Both the position numbers and the translations under genes were made by a program. DNA of 64,000 nt from Bigelowiella natans CCMP2755 (Eukaryota; Protista; Cercozoa), in contig ADNK01003064.1 of the NCBI GenBank assembly GCA_000320545.1, forward strand, positions 1 to 64,000, read 5' to 3'. Position 1 is the first letter of the stretch. Each line of letters starts with the position of its first letter. Below are positions 52,888 through 64,000 of the stretch, piece by piece. Under the pieces are notes generated by a model. The model saw only the letters and a program-made list of their open reading frames with translations. It had not been told where the DNA came from and searched no databases.

Positions 52888-54010
52888 CACCTTTCAAGCC
52901 GTTGCATTATTCAGTGAAATAGTAGCTGTAGTTTATATGTTGTCGACTCATACATGAAATCAAATTTAAAAGAAGGAAGGAGGGAGGGGGGATGGGGAGA
53001 TGGACAGAAAATAATGTGAGGTATAAAATGCATCATTTGCATAATTTGGCAACAAATCATGGCTATCTCGATATTGTAAGAAAATGAAGTTCAAAGTGGC
53101 TTATGCTATTGTAAACGGCCAGTTCGATAATTGTTACTTTTCGTGTTACCGTAGTATAGATATCACAAACTGAACAAATGAATGAATATTAGTTTTGCCT
53201 CGTAATGATTTTAACATCATCATCATCATCAAGAGAATAAATTAAAGTATTCGAATATGGTTTTTCCATCACAGTTACGTAAAGCAGACAGTGAGCACAT
53301 CCCACGTCCTTGTCGGGTAGCAAAGACTAATTGGCATTTGTTTTTGTTGTTGTTATTGTTGTTGATGATGATGATGATGATGATGATCATGATCATGATA
53401 GTCGAAGGCAACAGAGGAAGATCACCACTTCCTCAATAAACTGATGGAATTCATATTATTGCTCTCTCCTCTTTAATAATAGCAGCGTTTAGTATTATTA
53501 TTATTATTATTGTTGTTGTTATTATTATTATGTAATTATAATCATTCTCCGTACAAGTGGCAGTAGTATTTTATCATCTCAATAAATACCACATAAGCCC
53601 ATCATTTAACAGACGCATAATCATACTACTAGCACAGCCCCTTAATAGACACATCATCATCGGCTAGCTAACTGAGAGGCATTGACACACCATCATACTA
53701 CTAGTTCTGTTGTCGGAGCTAGCATAGCTGAGAGGCATTGGCTATCTTCTAACGTTGATGTGGATTACAGGTTGTTAGTCGCATAACTACATATCAGAGA
53801 GCAGCTGTAGTGTACCTAAAGCAGACAATAAGATCATAGTGCAGAAGTCACATCAACAGCATATATAATGTAATATATTATTTGTATTATATGCTTTCAA
53901 ACAGTGTATTGGTAAAGATAGTGACTGGTTGGATCGTAACAATTCCAATAGCAGGAGGTATTGCATGGATTTGTTTTTACGGTGTTAATATCATCTCTGG
54001 GCAATGGTAG
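46989..54010 (+). CDS. PiT/PHO4-family inorganic phosphate transporter, many small exons
   Basis: AFLLAFTNGANDIANSMG|TSVGANALTLRGAIAAGCVFELTG; ATAYGVPVSAT; AFAHGSNDVSNAAG (second signature); FATQLGAACTILI; VKIVTGWIVTIPIAG. Confidence 0.93.
48345..48510. repeat. Intronic ~45-bp minisatellite (about 3.5-4 degenerate copies)
   Basis: The unit TCTCATTATAATATTGATGACTCCGATACACACTAGATAATCAAT is repeated with internal deletions. Confidence 0.85.
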
Positions 54011-54239
54011 GTCAAATTTATGACTATTTCTTCTTCTTTGAATTTTGTTAATATAACCTCATCTCGGCAAGTTGTGAGTAGGAATTATCAGTAGAACTAA
54101 TTTCATAGAGTACGTACTTTCTCGTAGCATTTAAAAGCACGTACTACGCCTCTAATTGATAAAGGTGAGACCATTGTCGTATACCCGTTATTCGATTTCA
54201 AATTGTTAGCCATTATTACATATGTGTCATCAAACAGTC

Positions 54240-55060
54240 CCTGTGCGTGATGTCTAATGCTTGCATAGTACGACTCGTGTGCAAACTCTTAGTTGCTAGG
54301 TACATGCTGCCTCATGTTCTCTCCTTGGCCAAAAACTCACTAACATATCAAAATATCCGTAATACCACACTATATGCCTCAAATTGATAACCACCTGCTG
54401 TCAATGGGTCATTATGAGCTGCATGACAAGAAGATGTACTGCACGAATAAAAATGTACGTCTCCCTTTTAGAGCGCCTGTCGCCGAGCAGGACGAACGCA
54501 CACAGTACAACATGGAACAACACTTATTGTTGCTGAGCGCTGCGCACATTATTGATGTGCGCCAAAGCAGTATAAGTAGCCAACTATGTATGTGCAATAT
54601 AAAAAACCGTATGATATTGATAAAAGCCATTAACAAGGCATTTAACGTACAATACGTGCGACATAGCACAGCCACATCACACTGTCACGTACATGCATGT
54701 ATATCGATATGAACAAACGTATGCATTCTGTCATACGACACGTCGGCTGCATCGCTGCATCACAGGGTGGTATGTACTTCACCGCTGCTATATATGTGAT
54801 AGACATATGGCTCCGGCTAGTAGCGGCTATCACACGCAATAAGTCTAGACAGCTGCAGGTAGCACTAGAGTATGCGAATCGCAACAATGTGCACTACGTA
54901 CAGCATGCATACATGCATTATTACTTTGCTATTGATGACGTGTTTTTCTATCAAAATCATCGATACGAATTGCATGCACCACATCGATCCCCTGTGTACT
55001 AGTGTGGCCAGTCCTAGAGTCAGCCAGTCAGTCAGTTATTCAGTCATTAGCATGCCCATG
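54240..55060. other. Partially converted TG/CA-rich island between convergent PiT and desaturase genes
   Basis: Alternating purine/pyrimidine words (TGCA, CATG, TACG, CGTA) are abundant but TA is still common; a weaker version of the other islands. Confidence 0.55.
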
Positions 55061-55107
55061 ATGTGATGATACTCACTTGTTCTTCTTCTATGTACTGCTG
55101 CTGCTGC

Positions 55108-55706
55108 TTAGGTCCTTCGCTGCTTCATCCAGTGATTCTTTTGTAGTGCCGGAAGCCATTTAAACTCATAATCGAAATAGCTAATTTCCTTTCTTACAGC
55201 ACGGCTCCTTAGCATTTTGATAATCTCTTTGCGTGGCATATTCTCGGTGAAATCAACATAATGATCTGCTAGTTGATCGAAATCTTTTATAAGTAAGAAA
55301 AGGGAATGCTCCAAAATGCTGAAGTCTTTGAACACACTTGCGTGATGTTTCTTGAATTGCAGTAACATCTTATTATGGTAGTCAGGAAGATCCTTATAGT
55401 AGACGTTTGTGGCATAGTGATGAGCGAGATGATCGTCTTCACCGAAGTAGTCATCATCACCGTCGATCACCTAAACCAATCAAACGTTGTCGTAGACATT
55501 TTTGTATAATGATCAGGAGTATATATTCAAAGATGAAAACATAATAATTTGAATGACAATCGCTCATCTCCCTCTTCGCTTCGCTACCTAATCGTATTTT
55601 ATTAATTAAGAAGAACATGCTTCGCTACTTTATTGTATTTTATTGATTTAGAAGAACATGCTTCGCTACTTTATTAGAAAGAGCATTCATTAAAATAGGC
55701 AGTCAG

Positions 55707-55737
<31 letters not shown>

Positions 55738-55963
55738 ACGTATTCTTACCGCTGAACTGTTAACCACTGATATATGACGCCCATTTTCGTCAAAGTCAAT
55801 GTACGCGTGCAAACCGATGTTGATGAATGCAAGAAAGTACATCATAGCCACAGCAGGTTGCAGGTAAATGAAGAAGATGAAGCTGAAACTGCCTGTGATT
55901 GCATAGAGGCAGGAAGGAACTACCAACCAGTACCTAATTATTTATTGATGATAACGGTCGTCG

Positions 55964-55998
<35 letters not shown>

Positions 55999-56060
55999 CG
56001 TTACTCTACCACATACTATAAGCACTGGACAATACTGGCTTACACAATACTTATACACAA

Positions 56061-56092
<32 letters not shown>

Positions 56093-57374
56093 TTTCTCGG
56101 TGCTACTTACCATAGCATTCCCTGTCGCAATAGATTGTAGGCTCGATGCTGCTCGTTTTTCTTGAAGAAATACAGCGAGCTGAAACCCACAACATGGGTC
56201 ATAATACGATAGATGAACAGCATGAAGTCGCGCCAGCTTGTGCGGTCAATATCCCATTGATAGAACGTATCACCCATCCCTCCCTGTAACTTATGGTGGA
56301 TACTGATGTGGCTTGTCGTGAAATTCTGATGAGAATATTAATAGGAAGAACACACTTGATGATGAGGGAGGGACTGAATGAGGGGAGAGGAAGTAGTATC
56401 TGTTTTGGTAATTTGCACGCACGGTAAAGAAGCATGAGTGGTGTAAAGGGTGTATATTAACGTTAAATGGTGGTAATATCCTCTCTAACTATACTAACTA
56501 ATTTCTTTCTTTACCGCGGGTATCATGTACTAATAATAAACCCCCACTTCTGATATGATTCTATTCTATGATTACTACTACTACCCATGGAACATTTCCG
56601 TAGAAGACCCCAAGATAGTTCTCAAACCAATTTCCGATTGTTTTCTTAAACCAAGGCTGGTACAGGTAGGCGTTGTGGCCTTCTTTATGAGCAAATGTGT
56701 AAGCACCCCCCATTTGACGACCTCCTATCCCAACCCACAACCAGTAGTACGCCTAATAGTATTGAGAAAAAGTGCATAGTGAGTAATCTAGTGAAGACAG
56801 ACATCCAAGAGATTGTAGTTTATTTAGGGTTTATTATTTAGGTGTTTGCGGAGTTCGATTATTGGTAGGTCTTTCGTGTTGCAGTACTATTACTTACTTA
56901 CTTACCGCTATTTAGGGTTTATTATTTAGGTGTTTGCGGAGTTCGATTATTGGTAGGTCTCTCGTGTTGCAGTACTATTACTTACTTACTTACCGCTATT
57001 TAGGGTTTGTTATTTAGGTGTTTGCGGAGTTCGATTATTGGTAGGTCTCTCGTGTTGCAGTACTATTACTTACTTACTTACTTACTTACCGCTATAACAC
57101 TCCAAGACAATGTTCCGTAGGTGAGTTGATACCAGAATACCATCGAAAGACTTGCAAATGCGCTCAGTGTTACAAGAAATGCAGTTGCGGCGTAATCACC
57201 GTGTCTTGGGTTCTTGTAAAGGTACCTAGTAATGATGACCAGAAGAAGAAGAAGAAGAAGAAGAAGAAGAACGTGTTCCTTCAAGAGTGCAATATTGATA
57301 ATTGGTATCAAGAAACCTTGCACATTCCGCAGAACAATTGCTAGGCGTATGATGGAAAAGGAGAAACCAGAACC

Positions 57375-57428
<54 letters not shown>

Positions 57429-57779
57429 AGAGAAGATCTCTTTCTTGTTTGTTACGCAGAAGCCTCTCACTTCTAATTTTCTCTACCTTGAGGCGACCCA
57501 GCGTACTGGGCTAAAACGACTGTCTATAACATAGAAGAGAGGTCTGATAACATGTCGGAGGCAATGCTTCCACAGAAGGCCATTTCCAGCGATAGGTATA
57601 GCCCAAAATACGAGGAAGTTTATGGTTAAAACCCAACCAATGGCCTCCCTCGTTCTTATCGTCAGGGCGATTTGCCACGGACAATTTGGGGGAAGTACAT
57701 GAGCAGGAGGAATTTTTTCCATCTTTTGAAGTCGCTCTGCAACATTAACATCCTGACGATAGGTACAGCAGCAATATTA

Positions 57780-57815
<36 letters not shown>

Positions 57816-57910
57816 ACTGTTGCATTTCTGTGGTAATTTTTGCACGGTACCTGTTTGGATGCAGAAGATTTAGGCACAGAGCCTCTTCCTGGATTACCCC
57901 CTTTTCCCAT
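55108..57910 (-). CDS. Membrane-bound fatty-acid desaturase superfamily protein (three His boxes); apparent 1-nt frameshift at 56706-56710
   Basis: MGKGG start; YTFAHKEGH, TTSHISIHH and EDDHLAHH His boxes in order with intervening hydrophobic segments. Confidence 0.88.
56821..57094. repeat. 88-bp tandem repeat x3 in a desaturase intron, each unit carrying a copy of the exon end and 5' splice donor
   Basis: Units start at 56821, 56909 and 56997. In gene orientation each reads TAGCG|GTAAGTAAGT...AAACCCTAAA. Confidence 0.95.
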
Positions 57911-58745
57911 AATTGGAACGAACCCTTAGAATGATGTTACAAGGAGATCCCTAAAATATTAAGAAAGTGTTCATTCTCTGAGAAGATCCTGGCATATTAT
58001 CAAATCAAAAGCGTTGCATGCCACTATTCTAACAGTATGATTTAACAGTTCTGAATTCATCCGGGTCATCATCCCCTCCCCCTTTTCTTTCTATGATTGA
58101 ATAGATTACCCAAAACGATTACTGTTGATGGAGCCAGGGAGCGAGTGGCAGGAAGTCAGATAGACAGAGCAGAAATTATTCTTTGTGTGGGATAATTGCT
58201 TCCTTTTTATACTAGAGACATATATTTTTCTGTGTCGTATTTCTAAAGTTATCAAAGTTCGAATCAGAGTCCGGATGGTGCGAAGTGCTACTCGTATTGG
58301 TCGTGAAGCTCCTTGAAAAGGATGTCGCTCATTGATATGGAAGCTTGTTTTTTACTTTTATTCAGAATCATCTCCGCATCTCGGCCATGGAAATCCCAAA
58401 AACGTCGAAGAACCGGGTTTAGGCGGCAACGTGGCCATCGTCGCAAGGAAGAATGGCGTACTCGAAAAATTAATTTGCATGTGTGGAAATGATCGTAGTC
58501 ACGTCGCCCTACGTATTAGTTAAATTGTTCCAACAAGCATTGATGACACCCAAGAAACACCAGGAAAAATGGGCCTATAATCGGTAGATGAAACCGACGA
58601 CGACAACAATAACAACAACAACGACAACCCCAACAACTCCTGACAACAACAACAACAACAACAACAACAACATCATCTTCGGATATTTGATTGTCCGATG
58701 GGCGCTCAGTGTTCGCTCCAGTGCTCGCAATGGTTTCCCGTTCAG

Positions 58746-59533
58746 ATCTCTATCGACACAAGGGACAGATTACCCAGCACCGGAAATATGATCCCACGAT
58801 TTGGCCTTGGAACTTGGCTAAGTGAGGGCAAAGGAGAGGCATACAATGTATTAAAAACAACTATCTTGAAAATGAAGCAGACTTAGCATCATCATCATCA
58901 TCATCATCATCCTCCCTCAACACATCAGGCGGTTACAATTGCGCTTCGGAATGGATATAGGTATAAATGATGATGTTTTGCATTAGGCACCGATTGTCCC
59001 TGATGATGATGATGATGATGCACAATGGAAGTGTATACTAATATTGAAAAATAATAGATTGATCGACACAGCGGCATTATACAACAATGAGGAGGACGTT
59101 GGAAGAGCTATCAAAGAAGTAGTAGTAGTTGTAGTGGTAGTAGTAGTAGTAGTAATAGCATTTCTAGCATTAGTATTAACATTTAGAGTAGCACATCATT
59201 GTCGAACGCAAATATTTGTTATGCGTTTTTTCCATAATCAGTCCAAAATTCCAAGGAATGAAATTTATGTGGTGACAAAGCTTGACCCTGAAGAGCACAA
59301 CAATCCTGTCAAGGTATTTCACTTCAAAATTCAAATAGTATTGGCTAATGAATGATAAGTTATGGTTTTTATTACATTATTGCATGTTACTTAAATAAAC
59401 ATTTCTGGATTTTCTAGGGGAACATACATACATAATAATGACAAGTCAGATTATAGCTTTAGTTTTCAGCGAAACCGATGGGTATCTATCCATTCTTTTA
59501 AATCTACCAAATTATTTGTATATCTCTACAACA

Positions 59534-59569
<36 letters not shown>

Positions 59570-59867
59570 GCTATCATCCTTGTCGGTAATTTTTATCAGG
59601 CGTTGAAAGTGTCTTTACGCAAACTAGGCCTTGAATATGTGGACCTCTATCTCATTCATTCGCCGAAAGGAAAACAGGTATTTATTTATAATGATACTAA
59701 TTATAGTAAATTTATCATGATTTACTTTTTCTTCTGATGGATGGATATTAAAAGTAGTATAAAAACAACACTATCAAAGGTACTCAACGCATGGAATGCC
59801 TTGATTAAGGCCAAGGAAAAAGGCCTCGCGAAGGACATTGGGGTGAGTCATCTTGTCGTACAAACGC

Positions 59868-59910
<43 letters not shown>

Positions 59911-61473
59911 TGTATTATATCTGGCGCATAAATATTTCCAGGGTTGTTTTATACTACTTCTACAACACTACTGCTACTTAGTAGAAGTACTAACTACTCT
60001 CTGCTGTAATAAGAAGACCCCACTCACTCCTAGTGAGGGAAGATTTCATCATGATATATTTTGCACCACATGCACACATAATAGTACACACTACATAGTA
60101 ACACGAACAGCCGCATGATATTAATGTATTATCAATTTACATCATCATCATCATCATCGTCATTATTATCATAATCTCTCATTGTTAATATCTTGAAGGT
60201 GTCCAACTTTGGAGTAGAGCAGCTGGAAAAGCTGAGACAATCAGGGTGATAATAACTAATTATAATGATCATGATCATGATATTCAAATTATTTGAAAAT
60301 ATTTGAATTTATATCAGCATGAAGAGATTCTCAATAAGCATTATATAAATATATATTTTTTCATTTAAATATAATATTAAATAATGTTTATTATTGGGCT
60401 GTTAAAGGTACTACTGCTTGATTCATCTTCCTTTCCATCATCCATCCCCCATTCCCCCCCCCATTCTCCTCAATTTACCGTTTTTGCCAGTTGTTCAGAA
60501 ATGCCTGCAGTAAACCAGATCGAGCTACATTTGTGGAACCAACAAAACGAGGTAGGTAGGTAGGTAAGGTAGTAGGTTGTTTGCCTAAGACGTACGGCTT
60601 GTAGTGATGATGCTCACCCAATGCTGCTGCTGCTGCTTCCATGAAATCAAGGAAGTAAAGCTTGACAAATGATGATGTGCCTCATCCTGCAGCATCGTCG
60701 TCATCATGCATCATAATTGAATACCCACACTACTACTACTACTATTGCTGCTGCTACTACTACTACTACTACTACTACTACAGACTATCAAGTACTTGAA
60801 GGAAAACAAGATTGCTGTCATGGGCTATTGTCCCTTGGGTTGTTTTGTTTTGATTGAATGGATGCTGCCAATATGTACTACCAGTATGTAGTATTTGTAT
60901 ATCACTTTTTACTAGTTTGTGATGCATCGATCGATGATGGTGGTGGTGGTGGTGATGATGATGATGATGCGTATTTTACATCATCATCATCATTATCATC
61001 ATCATCACCACCATCACCACCATCACTGCGCACACTCCAACCATCCATCAATACTTCACCACCACCTGTATAATACTAATAGTGTAGCAGTAGTAACAAT
61101 TTGATGTTTTCATTTATTATTAAGGACGTTTGAAGCGTTTAAACTCTTCATCTTTGGTTGATGACGTAATACTTTAAATTTAATACTAGGTGCTAGTAAG
61201 TAATAGTAGTAGTAGTAGTAGTAGTAGTAGTCGTGGTTGCATTAGTGATCCTATGTGTATTCCTCTTCGTCGGAGAGTGATGATGAGTCAGTCATCATCT
61301 TGCATTTCAGAGATGCAGGCCGTCCTTATCATTTCCCATCATCATCATCATCATCATCATCATTAAATGTCAATCAAATATTCACAACACCTTTTGCATG
61401 ATTATGCGAAATAATCACTAGGTTGCAAAGAAGTGCAATCTTACTGTGCCTCAAGTAAGAGTAGTAGTAGTAA

Positions 61474-61505
<32 letters not shown>

Positions 61506-61626
61506 TTGGCCGATTTACACACTAATATAAACTATTCAATGATGAAAATAATGATAATAAAAGATTATTAGGCTTTGAACGAAGTAAATGCAGTCGTTGC
61601 TGCAATATACTCTGTTGATTGCTTGA

Positions 61627-61668
<42 letters not shown>

Positions 61669-61837
61669 CCTCACTCTCAGCTTGCTATTCGATGGTCTGT
61701 TCAGAAAGGCTATATTACTATACCTAAGGTGTGACTGTAAATAAATAATAATATCGACTAACACTAGGATGTTACGAGACCATATTTATATTTTTTGATG
61801 ATGTTTGTGTGAGGAGTGTGCGTATCAGTAGTAATTA

Positions 61838-61869
<32 letters not shown>

Positions 61870-62431
61870 TCTTTAAGAAGAAAGAAATACCTCTGTGCGC
61901 TACTTGCTTGTCAGTGAGTATTATTGCCTCGTTCTTCTGTGTATTTGTGTCTATCTCTAGAGCTCAAACGAGAATCGTATCAAGGAGAACTCCAATATTT
62001 TTGGAAAATGCAGAATTCCGGTAATAAAGCGGGGTAAGAGAAGGAGCGAACAATTTGATGTGAAAAGAAAGAACAAGCATAGAAAATATATAAGCAATAT
62101 TAGTATACATTATATTCAGAAGATAAGTGCATTTTATGCGTAAATATGATGTTCCCTATTAAATACGCTTGCAACTACGTAAATATATTTCCTATAGTGT
62201 ACTCATGCAATAAGGGCACATACACACACACTCACTCACTCACTCACTCACACCACACACCACACACATAAATTTACACCTCACGCAATACACAAATATG
62301 CTCATATGTGTGTTAAATCATGATTAACTGTGTAGAAACATATGATGGAGGAATTAGAGAAAGTGGACGAGGGCTTCGAGGCATCAAACTCCGTTAAAAG
62401 CATGAATATACCATGGGAAGATGTTAAATAG
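58746..62431 (+). CDS. Aldo-keto reductase (AKR5/AKR1-like), multi-exon; N-terminus unresolved
   Basis: MIPRFGLGTW; GYR|LIDTAALYNNEEDVGRAI; IPRNEIYVVTKL; SLRKLGLEYVDLYLIHSP; AKDIG|VSNF; PAVNQIELH; VMGYCPLG; LAIRWSVQKGYITIPK|SSNENRIKEN. Confidence 0.96.
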
Positions 62432-62910
62432 TAGTAACAACGACAAAAGATACGTGCGCGTGTAAGAAGAATCTGGGTTGTTCCCGGGAAATCTTCCATG
62501 TTCCCGGGAAATCTTCCATGCAATCATGTAATGTAACGCATCCGCGCGCGGCTGCATAGGAGAGAAAACTTCTTGTTTGCAAATTTGCTAGCAGTGTATG
62601 TAAAAGTGCATGCATGCGTACGACGTGCGACAACTGCTTCAATAATGAATCAAATCAAAATGCACTACTTCCATGTGCGTGTAGGAATGTTATATGTTGC
62701 TAACTTATTCATCTAGACTAATCTAGTAATCACTGAGGCGGTATCGTATGAATAATGAGCGCCAATATATACCAAATTCGCAAACAACGATGAGTCAGCT
62801 AAATCCCAGCTGCTTTAGCAGTCTTAAAGCAGTTTTAAAGCAGCATAGAGGTGAACGAGCCAAATCGATAAAAGTCATGATGATGATTATGCATAATAAC
62901 CACTCCGTAC

Positions 62911-63746
62911 TTATCTTACACCAAGGCGGCTAGGAAGTCGGTGCTGCACTGTATGAGGGGGGGGCTGTAGAGCATGTTGCGGGCCAAGTCTTTGTGCTGT
63001 GTACTTATGGAACGATCGCATGCACAAGTGGTGCAGCCGCATCTGTGTCTGCTGATAGGCGTAACGTCTCAAGTTGCTCAGAGGGCTTGGGCGCCATGGT
63101 TGAGGTTCAACTCCTGGTGGAACTTTGAGCGACAATGCCTCTGCGACAGTCGTTGGAGGTTTTTTCGTTGAGAAAAGACTCTTCGAGCGCTCGTGTTCTC
63201 GGATTGCTTTGCTCAATGGTGCGGGTGTACCGGCGATTCTCGAACGAAAACCGTCTAAACGTGTGCGAAATTCCCCTGGAACTAAGAGATGGAGGAGTGT
63301 CTCATTAGAGAGGGAAAGAAAGAAAGAAAGAAAGAGGCGAAAGAGATACAATAATGGGGAGGGACAGTCTGCGGAGGATGGTTTTGCGAGCCGTTATAAT
63401 AAGGCATTGTTTATTGGGTATCGTGTTGTAGAAATGCATTTGAAGACTCATTCTTGTGCAGCAGCTTGTTAAAGGATTGCATTGTAAACATTATTTTATG
63501 GTGCTACTTTATGGTACCTATCTTATCCCCAGTTCCAGCTAGTGAAAATGGTGCGCGGAGGCTTCGGAGTAAAAGATAACGAATAAATTGTGAGGAGGCA
63601 TGCGGAGTCAGCAGCATCATCATCATCCATTTTCAGCAAGATAAAGTGATAAGATTGCATCAATTTAGGTGTCATCTTATAACCAAACTTATTACCATAA
63701 CGGTAATTAAATACTCTGTGTGCGAGACTACAAAGCATCACTTTTG

Positions 63747-63780
<34 letters not shown>

Positions 63781-63890
63781 TGTGTTGATGATGTGTAGGT
63801 AGGTATTGGTTGTTGTTCACGTAGTCGTTGCCGTCATCCATGTACTAATAGTATATGATGTTGTAATACTCGAATGCTAAAGTGCCCGAT
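62911..63890 (-). CDS. 3' part of an unidentified multi-exon gene running off the window
   Basis: Long terminal exon (…GEFRTRLDGFRSRIAGTPAPLSKAIREHERSKSLF…LRRYAYQQTQMRLHHLCMRSFHKY…) and upstream GT-AG-bounded coding-like segments (FNYRYGNKFGYKMTPKL, LRAPFSLAGTGDKIG). Family not recognised. Confidence 0.5.
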
Positions 63891-64000
63891 TCCGGCCTAT
63901 CTGCCAACAAACCACCTTCTACTCTGTACCACCATCCCCCACCCTACAATCACACACCGTCACATACGCGCACACACAAAGTGGGAGAGAGAGAGAGAAA

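Larger units (their letters stand above)
16770..63790. repeat. Dense intronic microsatellites: (TA)n, (CA)n, (GA)n, (TAG)n, (CAT)n, (TAA)n, (CAA)n, (GAA)n, (GAG)n
   Basis: Visible in most introns of the NIPA, ZIP, SET, AsnRS, ABCG, PiT, desaturase and AKR genes; they generate the homopolymeric-amino-acid ORFs in the ORF track. Confidence 0.97.

Noticed and set aside
56821-57094. 88-bp repeats as a CRISPR array or interstitial telomere
   Set aside because: Units are contiguous and near-identical with no unique spacers, and contain only one TTTAGGG each; the context is a eukaryotic intron.
62480-62520. TTCCCGGGAAATCTTCCATG x2 with a palindromic core as a regulatory element
   Set aside because: Only two adjacent copies and no second locus in the window; consistent with a simple slippage duplication.
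1-64000. tRNA, rRNA or snRNA genes and intact transposase/RT ORFs
   Set aside because: No cloverleaf, rRNA-conserved or DDE/RT motifs were recognised by eye; a covariance-model and TE-profile search would be needed to exclude degenerate ones.

Overview
Intron-rich eukaryotic nuclear DNA with microsatellite-laden GT-AG introns. The bipartite signal + Arg-rich transit leader on an AsnRS suggests an alga with a secondary plastid, plausibly a chlorarachniophyte (inference). The window opens in a telomere-like (CCCTGA/CCCTTA)n array. About 14 multi-exon genes can be reconstructed by hand: tandem-RING protein, cadherin-like fragment, HIP/ST13-like TPR protein, SpoU methyltransferase, S1-domain (pseudo)gene, NIPA/ZC3HC1-like, ZIP9-like zinc transporter, ATXR2/SMYD5-like SET protein, plastid-type AsnRS, membrane-anchored kelch protein, ABCG transporter, PiT phosphate transporter, His-box desaturase, aldo-keto reductase and a partial unknown gene. 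The most striking signal is not a gene. Several 0.7-1.5 kb islands have almost no TpA dinucleotides (none in 7261-7860; two, both CTAG, in 24181-24960), are rich in TpG/CpA and keep CpG. Surviving TA sites are mostly CTAG/CTA/TAG, and relic ORFs inside read as if Tyr had become His/Cys. The islands sit downstream of gene 3' ends and at the telomere-like end, and I saw none in divergent promoter regions. This looks like a targeted TpA->CpA/TpG hypermutation process, the reverse of fungal RIP. Exon structures and dinucleotide counts are manual and gene boundaries are approximate.
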